NCBI GenBank assembly: GCA_007127105.1
Contig: SLAA01000058.1
Span: forward strand, 1 to 62,099
Direction: 5' to 3'
Source of the DNA: Spirochaetales bacterium
GTDB taxonomy: Bacteria; Spirochaetota; Spirochaetia; DSM-27196; SLAA01
DNA: 62,099 bases
In this document: in pieces, positions 20,045-28,326 of the stretch
Numbering within the stretch: position 1 is the stretch's first letter
How the letters are laid out: the number at the start of each line of letters is the position of its first letter
Notes under the pieces: generated by a model
Told to the model about the DNA's origin: nothing
Database searches by the model: none
What the model saw: the letters and a program-made list of their open reading frames with translations, nothing else
Translations under genes and position numbers: made by a program

Positions 20045-20553
20045 TGCTTGGAAAAATCGTACGTGCGGTTCTGCTTGCCAGCCTCATGGGTGTGCTCCAA
20101 ACGAATGCGTTGCGCTTTGTATCACCAGCAGCTGTAATTCCGGATTTGGCACTCATTGTTCTTGTGTATTTTGCGCATCGCAATGGTTCCTTTCCGGGGC
20201 AGTTTGCCGGGTTCTTCACTGGCCTTATCCTGGATTTTGTGAGTCTTGCTCCTTTGGGTTTTTTCGCATTTATTTACACGGTAGTTGGCTTTGTTTTTGG
20301 TGCCACGAAGGACCGAATTGTGCTTGATGGTGTTGTTCTTCCTTTTGTGGCATTATTCTTAGCAACACTCGTGAAAATTCTTACCGCAGGAGCCATATCC
20401 GGGGTGTTTTCGATAGACACCGCGAGTATTGGACTGCTCGGCGCACGTGCTTGGATTGAGATCGGATTGACTGCGCTTCTAGGCCCTCTGGCTTTTGCGT
20501 TGATGTCTGCCATGGGGTTGTTTCGCACTCAGCAACGTGGAGGTTTCCGTTAA
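20044..20553 (+). CDS. mreD: rod-shape protein MreD
   Basis: Polytopic membrane protein. TAATG overlaps with both mreC and mrdA. Confidence 0.8.
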   Translation: MLGKIVRAVLLASLMGVLQTNALRFVSPAAVIPDLALIVLVYFAHRNGSFPGQFAGFFTGLILDFVSLAPLGFFAFIYTVVGFVFGATKDRIVLDGVVLPFVALFLATLVKILTAGAISGVFSIDTASIGLLGARAWIEIGLTALLGPLAFALMSAMGLFRTQQRGGFR

Positions 20554-22403
20554 TGGCACCCTTCTATCCTCCTGGGACGAGTTCTGTATCCCGCATACGC
20601 ATGGTCGCACTGCTCGTGTTTTTCATCATGATGTTTCTGCTTTACATAGGCTACCTATTCTCACTGCAGATTGTAGATGGGTATTTCTACAGCATGAGAT
20701 CCGAACAGGTCACTCAGAGGAGTTCTGTTATTCCAGCTGTGCGCGGGCAGATATTTGACCGGCATTACGACGAACCTTTGGTGGTAAACGTCGACTCCTT
20801 CGCGGTCTACATTAACCCTTTTAATATCCCGCGTGGCGAACACGACGCGGTGTTCGAGCGTCTGGCCAGTTTCCTCAGTATCAGCGCAGCCGAGATTCAC
20901 CGGCGAGTTCCGACCTCGCGGTATGGTGTATACCAACCGATTGAGATACAAGGCGGGGTGCCTTACGATAGAATTACCGGTTTGGCGGAACGTATAGATG
21001 CCTTCCCTGGTGTGTTCTGGGAGAGTAAGCCTGTGCGACGTTATGTCAATGGTGACTCTATGGCACACATACTTGGGTATGTAGGTGACATCACACCGGA
21101 AGAGCTGCAGGTTCTGTATAACCGCGGGTACACTGCAAATTCGGTGCTGGGTAAAAGCGGTATCGAGCAGCAGTATGACCAACTTCTACGCGGGGCCGAT
21201 GGGCGCCGTTTTCGCATGGTCGACGCCCGTGGGCGGCAGGTAGGTGAGGGCAGTCGTGACGACATTCCTCCCGAGCTCGGAAACAACTTGGTGCTGACTA
21301 TCGACCGTACTATTCAGCAACTATCGGAGAAGGCTCTGGGAGAACGCATTGGTTCGGTAGTTGTTCTGCGTCCACATACTGGTGAAGTTCTGGCGTTGGT
21401 GTCATATCCGCGCTATGACGCCAATGTATTCTCAACCACTGACCGGTCGCGAGCTTTTTCACAGCTGAGCGCCGACCGTCGGGCGCCGTTCCTGAATCGC
21501 GCGATCCAATCGAGTGCATCGCCAGCGTCGTCTTTCAAGGTAGTTATGACTGCCGCGCTATTGGAGGAAAAGACCTTCTCTCCGACCCAGACCATTAACT
21601 GTACCGGTTCGAGGGCATACGGAAACCGAGTCTTTAACTGTCATGTGAGTTATGGACATGGGCGCCTGAATCTCTACCAGGGACTGGCACAGTCCTGCAA
21701 CATATACTATTACACCGTTGGTACCGACTATCTTGGCGAACGAAACATCATCAACTATGCACGTCGTTTGGGCCTAGGTCAGCGTTCCGGAATTGATCTT
21801 CCGGGGGAGGTTGCTGGATTGGTGCCAAGTCCTGAGTGGAAGGTCGACACCTTCCAGACGCCCTGGGTAGGCGGTGATACCGTCAACCTGTCCATAGGAC
21901 AAGGCTTTATAGAGGCTACTTCGCTGCAGATGGCGAACATGGTCGCGATGATTGTTAACGACGGGGTATTGTATCGTCCTCACATACTCAAGCAGGTAAG
22001 AAACCCCATCACCGGTCAGATCATTCACGAGATCGAGCCTGAGGTCGCTCAGACCGCTGAGATGAGTCGTGAGACCTTTGAGGAAACCAGACGGGCTATG
22101 CGCGAAGTAATTACCAATGGAACAGCGAATGTTGTCATTACGACCCGCGCTGTAGAGGTAGCAGGAAAAACCGGAACCGGCCAAACGGGCGTAGAAGAAC
22201 GCCTCCATTCCTGGTTTGTGGCCTATGCGCCGTACAATTCCCAGAATCCTGAAGACCAAGTTGTCGTTGTGGTAATGGTCGATGCCGCTAACGACTGGGA
22301 GTGGTGGGCACCTAAAGCCGCAAACATTATTATTCATGGCATATTCACCAATCAGGACTTTGAGCACACCATACGATCACTGCGCCCACTGTGGTACCTA
22401 TAA
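20553..22403 (+). CDS. mrdA: penicillin-binding protein 2 (elongasome transpeptidase)
   Basis: SxxK (SSFK), SxN (SCN) and KTG (KTGTG) motifs. N-terminal TM helix. Confidence 0.9.
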   Translation: MAPFYPPGTSSVSRIRMVALLVFFIMMFLLYIGYLFSLQIVDGYFYSMRSEQVTQRSSVIPAVRGQIFDRHYDEPLVVNVDSFAVYINPFNIPRGEHDAVFERLASFLSISAAEIHRRVPTSRYGVYQPIEIQGGVPYDRITGLAERIDAFPGVFWESKPVRRYVNGDSMAHILGYVGDITPEELQVLYNRGYTANSVLGKSGIEQQYDQLLRGADGRRFRMVDARGRQVGEGSRDDIPPELGNNLVLTIDRTIQQLSEKALGERIGSVVVLRPHTGEVLALVSYPRYDANVFSTTDRSRAFSQLSADRRAPFLNRAIQSSASPASSFKVVMTAALLEEKTFSPTQTINCTGSRAYGNRVFNCHVSYGHGRLNLYQGLAQSCNIYYYTVGTDYLGERNIINYARRLGLGQRSGIDLPGEVAGLVPSPEWKVDTFQTPWVGGDTVNLSIGQGFIEATSLQMANMVAMIVNDGVLYRPHILKQVRNPITGQIIHEIEPEVAQTAEMSRETFEETRRAMREVITNGTANVVITTRAVEVAGKTGTGQTGVEERLHSWFVAYAPYNSQNPEDQVVVVVMVDAANDWEWWAPKAANIIIHGIFTNQDFEHTIRSLRPLWYL

Positions 22404-22469
22404 AGCGAACCCAAGAGCGTGTCTGTGTATGAAAATGTGCACCTCCTTAGAATGTTTATCAATATCGCC

Positions 22470-22502
22470 ACGAGTGGGCAGGTTGCTACGAGTGGGCAGG
22501 TT
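22470..22502. repeat. direct repeat ACGAGTGGGCAGGTT x2, period 18 nt
   Basis: Identical 15-mers at 22470-22484 and 22488-22502. The second copy abuts the mazG stop codon. Confidence 0.8.
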
Positions 22503-23440
22503 TACGGCCCGTTCTTGGCTCTTTCCCAGTAGGCATCGAGAAGGTCCAGTTCCAGTTGCGCTCCGTCTTTTCCGTCCTGGTGCATGAACTCCTCAATGCG
22601 TCGGAAGCGGGTTTCGAATTTTCTATTCGCGTTATGTAGTGCTGGCGTTGGATGTGTGTTCAGTTTCCGCGCGAGATTGATCACACTAAATAGGAGATCT
22701 CCGACCTCGTCCTCTATGGATGGTATGTTCTGGCTCGTAATGGCCTCGGACAACTCAGTAAGTTCCTCCTGTATTTTCCCAAATACCGGCGCGATCTCCG
22801 GCCAGTCGAAACCGATCTTTGAGGCGCGTTTTTGGAGTTTTACGGCACGCTCAAGGGGAGTGAGGCCATTTGTTATTCCATCCAGTGCCGAACTAGGCGG
22901 TGCGCTGTTCGGTCTGCCAACTGAGAGTGGGTCTGAGCCAGTATCGTCCTGCTGTTCGGTCCCGTGGTCTGTCCTGTTAGACTTCTCCTGTTGCTTTATT
23001 GCGTCCCATTGAGAAAGGACGGCCGCTGAGTCGAGAGCATTACCGGCAGGAGATGAGGTGGCGAAGACATGGGGGTGGCGGCGTATGAGCTTCTCGCAGA
23101 TTTCAGCAAAGACTCCAGCAGGAGAAACCTTCAGATTCTCAGAATGTCCTCTGGGGCTGCTCACTTCATACATATGGGCGATCATTGTGAGTACGAGGAA
23201 GGCATCTCCAAGTTCTTCCTGAATGTCCGCTGGGTTATCTCTGTCAATAGCGTCGAGTACCTCGTAGCATTCCTCAATGAGGTGCTCCCGCATAGTTTTA
23301 GGGGTTTGCTCGCGATCCCACGGACACCCGTCTGGGCCATAGAGAATACGAATAATGGCGTATAGCCGTGCAAAGCCCTTAATCGCTGGCTCAGACTCGG
23401 TATCAAGCATTCCGGCCTGAATATCATCTTCGGTGAACAT
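22502..23440 (-). CDS. mazG: nucleoside triphosphate pyrophosphohydrolase MazG (two MazG domains)
   Basis: GCPWDREQT and EECYEVLDAI...ELGD motifs, with a second domain EELTELSEAI...EVGDLLF. I chose the ATG at 23440. The start is uncertain because no clear SD is present. Confidence 0.85.
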   Translation of the reverse strand: MFTEDDIQAGMLDTESEPAIKGFARLYAIIRILYGPDGCPWDREQTPKTMREHLIEECYEVLDAIDRDNPADIQEELGDAFLVLTMIAHMYEVSSPRGHSENLKVSPAGVFAEICEKLIRRHPHVFATSSPAGNALDSAAVLSQWDAIKQQEKSNRTDHGTEQQDDTGSDPLSVGRPNSAPPSSALDGITNGLTPLERAVKLQKRASKIGFDWPEIAPVFGKIQEELTELSEAITSQNIPSIEDEVGDLLFSVINLARKLNTHPTPALHNANRKFETRFRRIEEFMHQDGKDGAQLELDLLDAYWERAKNGP

Positions 23441-23539
23441 GTCCAAACAGTACAGCAAAAGCCAGCCAGAAATCAATGCCAGGAGTCTTTTAACGAAAAG
23501 GTACAGGTGTGTTCATAGAGGTTGTTCATACTGCATCCG

Positions 23540-23567
23540 AGTAGACCGAATATACATTATCGGAAGT
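23540..23567. other. dif-like XerC/XerD recombination site candidate
   Basis: Minus strand reads ACTTCCGATAA-TGTATA-TTCGGTCTACT. It has 12 consecutive identities (ATAATGTATATT) to E. coli dif as I recall it. It lies in the convergence zone of gene orientation. Confidence 0.45.
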
Positions 23568-23733
23568 AAAACTGAGCCTGGAAATTGAGTGGCTCATGTG
23601 GCTTTGTGGCCTCTCCCCGAGTTGAGGAATACTCATTTCCAGTCAGGGGCTGGTCGGGAGCTGGTCTGGTGTGGCCTGGATGCACTGGTACCTGAGGCTT
23701 GCCTGTGGGTTTGGGTTGTATATGTTAGTAGAT

Positions 23734-23755
23734 TGTGGATAACCCTTGTGGATAA
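23734..23755 (+). promoter_or_regulatory. two tandem perfect DnaA boxes (TGTGGATAA = complement of TTATCCACA)
   Basis: TTGTGGATAAC at 23733-23743 and 23746-23756. Same orientation, 13-nt start-to-start spacing. Confidence 0.6.
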
Positions 23756-23911
23756 CTGGTGAGTAAACCCACGGGTCTCTCGCGTTCCATCATAAGGTCC
23801 CGTCCGGTTGGTTGTCGATGCCCGGTGTTACGTGTTACCCCTTGGTTGCTGGCAGAGCTGGCAGAGGTTGAGGTTGGCTGGCCGCAACCGTCAAAACCGA
23901 GTTGGTAATTA

Positions 23912-24196
23912 TTAATCTGCGGCGGAGCTAATCCGGGAAAGGATCCATATCAGCAGTGCGGCTGTGAAGATTGGCGGGAAGATGTTCACATTATTCAGAT
24001 TGGTGAGCATCTCAATGATGTCGGCGAGAAAGAACTCTATTACCCCACCGAGAAAGGAACCAATGAGGCCAATGAGCAGAGCTCCCCAGAATCTACCGAG
24101 CACCGGCTTGCGGAGGCCGTAGTAAAACAGGAGCGCGGTGCCGAAGCCAATGATAATGTATGTCAATGCAATATTGAGGTAGTACGTGGTGCTCAT
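23912..24196 (-). CDS. small membrane protein, GlsB/YeaQ/YmgE (transglycosylase-associated)-like
   Basis: 94 aa, 3 TM helices, glycine-zipper-like LIGLIGSFLGGVIE. Confidence 0.6.
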   Translation of the reverse strand: MSTTYYLNIALTYIIIGFGTALLFYYGLRKPVLGRFWGALLIGLIGSFLGGVIEFFLADIIEMLTNLNNVNIFPPIFTAALLIWILSRISSAAD

Positions 24197-24265
24197 GTGG
24201 CGTAGTTTGCGTAAAAACTGCCGAAATGTCCAGCGGTTGTCTGCTTTTCTGTTGAATTAGGAACA

Positions 24266-24970
24266 CTACTGGAAGTCAAGTGGGATCTCATTGGCCAAGA
24301 ACTTCGGTATGCTATACAAGGGACGAAAGTCAGGCTGAACCCCGTACGCCACTGCATAGAACGCAATGCGAAGTGCGGCGCTGTCGTTTGGGAGGTTGAT
24401 GGTGTTTGGAATGTCGGCATGGTTGGCCGCGTATTCCTCAACACCGTAGAAAAGACGCGGGCGTTCCTCCCCATCGTTGATTGCCCTCACCAGTGGCGTG
24501 GCGTCGGCATCGTTATTGTTACGAAGTACGAATGCACCCTCAATACCTGCTGAGCCGCTGAAAAGTAGCTGCAGAGAAGGTGTGCTCCCTATAGCTACCG
24601 GGATGAGCGGCAGCCGGGTTTCAAGGCTTCCGTCATTACGGAGGGATCTCAGGCGGCGATAGTTGCGTGCAGTTAGCCGCGAGGTCCCTGGAGGTATGGG
24701 GTCGGCCTCTATAGCGTTGCGGTCGTTTTGGAGTTGGGTTTCACCGTTGCCAGCACCACTGAAGTCATAGAACTTGTAGTAGACCTCATATCCGCGAAAG
24801 TTATCGCTCTGCGGAGTGTCGTTATTACGTGTATCGTGGAGAAACTGTACCCCCGAACCTATAGCACTTGGGCTATCGGGTGGATACAGGAAAGGAACAA
24901 CGTCGAGTCCACAGCTGTTGAGTGCGAAAATGCTCAGGCAGGCCCATAGTGTGGCCGTACTCCACTTCAC
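24266..24970 (-). CDS. putative lipoprotein, unknown function
   Basis: A GTG at 24970 gives VKWSTATLWACLSIFALNSC, a signal peptide with a lipobox-like cysteine. The track ORF extends to 25051, which would overlap the cyclase. Confidence 0.6.
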   Translation of the reverse strand: MKWSTATLWACLSIFALNSCGLDVVPFLYPPDSPSAIGSGVQFLHDTRNNDTPQSDNFRGYEVYYKFYDFSGAGNGETQLQNDRNAIEADPIPPGTSRLTARNYRRLRSLRNDGSLETRLPLIPVAIGSTPSLQLLFSGSAGIEGAFVLRNNNDADATPLVRAINDGEERPRLFYGVEEYAANHADIPNTINLPNDSAALRIAFYAVAYGVQPDFRPLYSIPKFLANEIPLDFQ

Positions 24971-25013
24971 CCTGGCCGTACCCCGGTTTGCGTTCCAGAC
25001 ACCACGCTTGGAG

Positions 25014-27410
25014 TTAGCGTGGATGTGGTGGATCAAGGCCTTCATTAACATCTAGCAACTCGTATATGAGGACTGGTTTGTTCTTGCCCTTGACTCGAAT
25101 GTTGTCGAGTTCACGGGCCGTAACACGGTCGGCCACCAGACCATAGGTATACTCGCTGATAAGTACGTGGGTCTGATACTCTTTGTTTGTACCTTCCAGA
25201 CGTGCACCAAGGTTAACGTTGTCCCCCATCAAGGTGTAGTTCATGCGCCCGGCTGATCCCATGTTACCAACCGTCATAATACCTGAGTTGATGCCTATTC
25301 CAATATCAATTCTCTTCTCGGGAGGCCAACCTTCGTTCAGCTCAGCCAAGGCTTCCATCTGCCGCAGGCCGCACTTGCAGGCCAGGATTGCGTGATCTTC
25401 TTCTGGAAGTGGCGCGCCCCAGAAACACATGATTTCGTCCCCAACATACTTGTCGAGCGTTCCTCGGTACTCAAGAATGATGTCGGTCATACGGGTCAAG
25501 TAGATATTGAGGTGGTTCACCAGTTCTTGAGGAGACATGGACTCCGACAGGGTCGTAAAACCACGAATGTCTGAGAAGAATACGGTGAGTTCCCGGTCAA
25601 CGCCACCCAGCTCCGGCGGACTCTCAAGTATTTCCGATACTACATCGGGGCTGACATACTTGCCGAACATTTCTCTGATGCGACGTTTGTCACGTTCCTC
25701 GGTCATGACGCGGTAAATGACCACCGCCACCGAGGTAACGAGAACCGCAATAGCGGGTGTAGAGAAATTCAGCAGGTAGGCTCTGGTGTCAAAAAGAATG
25801 GTGACTGTGAAGAAGTACACAATCAGGCCACCTAGAGAGAGCACGAAGGCCCATATGGTGGATATGTGGGCTGTAAGATATCCGGTCGCAATGGCAAGAG
25901 CGAACAAGACTGCAATATCTACGGATCGCGGAGCGTATTGCAGGAAATTGTCCATGAGTATGGTGTTGAGCGCGTTTGCATGCATCTCAATACCGTACAT
26001 AAGACCGTAAGGGGTCAACTTCTCGTCCGCAGCCATTCCGGGCGCAAAAGCACCAACCATGAGTATTTTGTTTTCAACGCCCCGTGTTGCGGGCCAGCTG
26101 CCGGGATCGAGCCCGGGAACGCGCCGGATATACCCGGAGTATGACCGTACCGGAAAGGTCTGATATTCGTCACGACCTGATCCGGATCGTGGGCCCATGA
26201 AGTTAATGAGCATTTCTCCACGTTTGTTTATAGGAATGGTGATCTGGGGAACATCACGGTATTCTGCTTCACGCCGCAGTGCTCCCTCGGAGTGATACTC
26301 TGCAGGCCGGGTCTGTAACCTATACGGAACCAACTGCCCGCTGTTGCGGTCAAAGACACGGGGTGCCGGAATAGTAATATGGCTTCCAAGAACAATTTCA
26401 AGATCACTGTAGTCGCGGTGGAAGTACTCAAGTGCAAGTGAGAGCGTCACAGCAGGAATAATGTGATCCTGGTAAACGCGAAGAAGGTAACTCCCCTGCC
26501 CGTCGGCTGACTCACCCCCGCCAACCGGTACGCCGTCACGCTGTAGATCAGCTCGCAAGCGGTTCAATGAGTCTTCGGTTATTGGGTACTCGACAGTGTG
26601 GTCTGAACCGGACCGGTCAAACCACACGAGTCGTTCATTCGCTGAGCGATCCAGTCGGAAGTCGGTGTCGAGATCCTCGAACAGGATCTCCCCAAGATAC
26701 TTTGAAGACTTGGCCAGGAGCGCCTGGCGACGAAACACCGAGTCATAGTCCTCGTAGTAATTTGCGTGCCCATATCCACGAACCGCCTCCCCATACGGTA
26801 TGAGCGGCGGTTGTAGGCCGAAATTGCTGGGCATGTGGTCTATATTCCCTTCGACACTGGGAATTGTTCCGACGTTGTCGAACAAGGTGAAATGGCGCTG
26901 GTATAGCTCCTGCCCAATAGAGCGAGTTGGTGGAGGTGTGTACTCAAGCACCGTTTCGAGGTATACCCTGTCACTTTCGTACATGCTGTCGATGAGTAAG
27001 GCGTCGTTATAGGGTGCTGTCGCTGGCTCAATGAAGAATATATCGAGGAAAATCGAGGACTCCCGGCGGTTCTGATCCGAGATTCGAGAAAACGAGTTCA
27101 CCAGGTCGGCGTGCACCGCGCGTGGAAAAGGCCATTGACCAAGCTCATTGAGCGTCTGGAAGTCTACTCCAATAATGATGATGTCTTGGGATAAGCGCGG
27201 GTTACGCTCAACCTCGACGACGCCCTCCTGAATGGCCTCAGGCTGGTAAGGATTCTTGAGACGGAAATGGAGATCAAGCATCTTGAGCTCTAAACGCTCA
27301 GGAATGGCGGTAAAGATGTTAAGTAAAACGAGGAAAACAGCTATCGCAATACCAATGAGTATTCCGGTTCTTTTTCCAAGCAAGGCGGAAAGCTGAATTT
27401 TTTTCTTCAT
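25014..27410 (-). CDS. CHASE2-sensor class III adenylate/guanylate cyclase
   Basis: N-terminal TM helix, large periplasmic domain, 3 TM helices, then the cyclase domain FFSDIRGFTTLSE ... GDEIMCFWGAP ... MGDNVNLGARLE. Confidence 0.9.
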   Translation of the reverse strand: MKKKIQLSALLGKRTGILIGIAIAVFLVLLNIFTAIPERLELKMLDLHFRLKNPYQPEAIQEGVVEVERNPRLSQDIIIIGVDFQTLNELGQWPFPRAVHADLVNSFSRISDQNRRESSIFLDIFFIEPATAPYNDALLIDSMYESDRVYLETVLEYTPPPTRSIGQELYQRHFTLFDNVGTIPSVEGNIDHMPSNFGLQPPLIPYGEAVRGYGHANYYEDYDSVFRRQALLAKSSKYLGEILFEDLDTDFRLDRSANERLVWFDRSGSDHTVEYPITEDSLNRLRADLQRDGVPVGGGESADGQGSYLLRVYQDHIIPAVTLSLALEYFHRDYSDLEIVLGSHITIPAPRVFDRNSGQLVPYRLQTRPAEYHSEGALRREAEYRDVPQITIPINKRGEMLINFMGPRSGSGRDEYQTFPVRSYSGYIRRVPGLDPGSWPATRGVENKILMVGAFAPGMAADEKLTPYGLMYGIEMHANALNTILMDNFLQYAPRSVDIAVLFALAIATGYLTAHISTIWAFVLSLGGLIVYFFTVTILFDTRAYLLNFSTPAIAVLVTSVAVVIYRVMTEERDKRRIREMFGKYVSPDVVSEILESPPELGGVDRELTVFFSDIRGFTTLSESMSPQELVNHLNIYLTRMTDIILEYRGTLDKYVGDEIMCFWGAPLPEEDHAILACKCGLRQMEALAELNEGWPPEKRIDIGIGINSGIMTVGNMGSAGRMNYTLMGDNVNLGARLEGTNKEYQTHVLISEYTYGLVADRVTARELDNIRVKGKNKPVLIYELLDVNEGLDPPHPR

Positions 27411-27539
27411 GTCGGCACTCCGGAATGTGAACTGCCGATACGGGCGGGCGGCTCCTGTCGGTCTAAGAGCGCCCGGTCTTTCCGCCCGGCCGACAACCCG
27501 CCGAACCCGGTGGAGGTCTCGGCGGCTCGCACTTTTTCG

Positions 27540-28217
27540 CTACTGCGATTCGAAGTAGATTATACGGTTTCGCGCCAGATTTGTCCAAGCCGCACCGGAG
27601 AAATCCTGTACTAATCGTTCGTAATACCCACGAGCTGCGTCGGGATCGTCACCTTGCTCGGCGAGTCGCCCAAGTGCAAATAATGCACGGGGTGTTTCAG
27701 GAGCTTCACGACCGTGGTCGTCCACAAGCTTCTGGTAAGACTCCCTGGCAGCTTCCTTGTTTCCGACCTCCTCAAAAGCGAGGCCAGCAAGCAGGAGCGC
27801 CCTGGATGCCAGATGTGAACGGGGGCTGCGCTGCGCCAGGCTGAGGAAGTCATCGGCGGCGGCCTCAAAGTCGCTTCGGTCCCAGGCGAGCTCAGCCGAA
27901 ATGAAAGCTGCTCGCGCTGCGGCGTAGGTTCCGGAGTAGTTATTGCGAATATCGCTGAGAATCCCCTGCAGTTCTGCCAGAAGCTCCTCTTGAGCCGCAT
28001 TATCGGCTACCTGCAGTTCCTCATAGAGTTCAAGGCCCTGTTCCATTTTCTGGAGGGCTTGTTCGGCCCTGCGCGAGTTGTACTCAAAGAACCCGAAGAG
28101 TCCTGCGCTCCCGAGCACAAAAACAGCCAAGAGTATGGCCAGCGTACGTCTGTTTCTCTGAAGGAATTCTACAAGCTTTTCAGGAAAGCTTAATTTTTGT
28201 TCGGTACCGGCTGTCAT
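27540..28217 (-). CDS. membrane-anchored TPR-like protein
   Basis: N-terminal TM helix (LAILLAVFVLGSAGLFGFF) followed by a helical-repeat domain. Confidence 0.65.
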   Translation of the reverse strand: MTAGTEQKLSFPEKLVEFLQRNRRTLAILLAVFVLGSAGLFGFFEYNSRRAEQALQKMEQGLELYEELQVADNAAQEELLAELQGILSDIRNNYSGTYAAARAAFISAELAWDRSDFEAAADDFLSLAQRSPRSHLASRALLLAGLAFEEVGNKEAARESYQKLVDDHGREAPETPRALFALGRLAEQGDDPDAARGYYERLVQDFSGAAWTNLARNRIIYFESQ

Positions 28218-28326
28218 GCGGTGGTGCTCCTTGTCGTATAGTTTTGAAAAGCTATGTCCATTGATGCTCGATATTGGTCGTTAACATCAATACTGCCCCA
28301 TTTGTGGTAGGGACAACCAGCCGCTC

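Noticed and set aside
21685-21700. TGGCAC-N5-TGCA, a sigma-54 promoter look-alike.
   Set aside because: It lies inside the mrdA coding sequence. The GG-to-GC spacing is one nt short of consensus, and no downstream gene start exists.
22404-22502. A possible CRISPR or mobile-element remnant in the mrdA-mazG spacer.
   Set aside because: There are only two 15-nt repeat copies with a 3-nt spacer. There are no cas, transposase or integrase genes, and no terminal inverted repeats anywhere in the window.
23701-23733. GGGTTGTATATG resembling the GTTGTAAC core of Tus-type Ter sites.
   Set aside because: The match is only partial. To my knowledge Tus is restricted to some proteobacteria, so there is no reason to expect it in a spirochaete.
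23715-23756. Reading the paired DnaA boxes plus the AT-rich/TAGTAG element as the chromosomal origin (oriC).
   Set aside because: Genes on both flanks point toward this locus, which is a terminus pattern. No dnaA or dnaN gene is nearby. There are only two consensus boxes and two trio-like triplets, and no GC spacer. I kept this as a DnaA-box finding, not as an oriC call.
23441-23911. Mini-ORFs in the spacer: plus strand MHWYLRLACGFGLYMLVDCG (ATG 23680), and minus strand MMERERPVGLLTSYPQGLSTIY spanning the DnaA boxes.
   Set aside because: They are only 20-22 codons long with no convincing SD and no supporting features. They are indistinguishable from chance.
28230-28300. Inverted repeat CATTGATG-N18-CATCAATA upstream of the TPR gene, considered as an operator.
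   Set aside because: It is short and imperfect (7 of 8), with no known cognate regulator. It is not distinguishable from chance.
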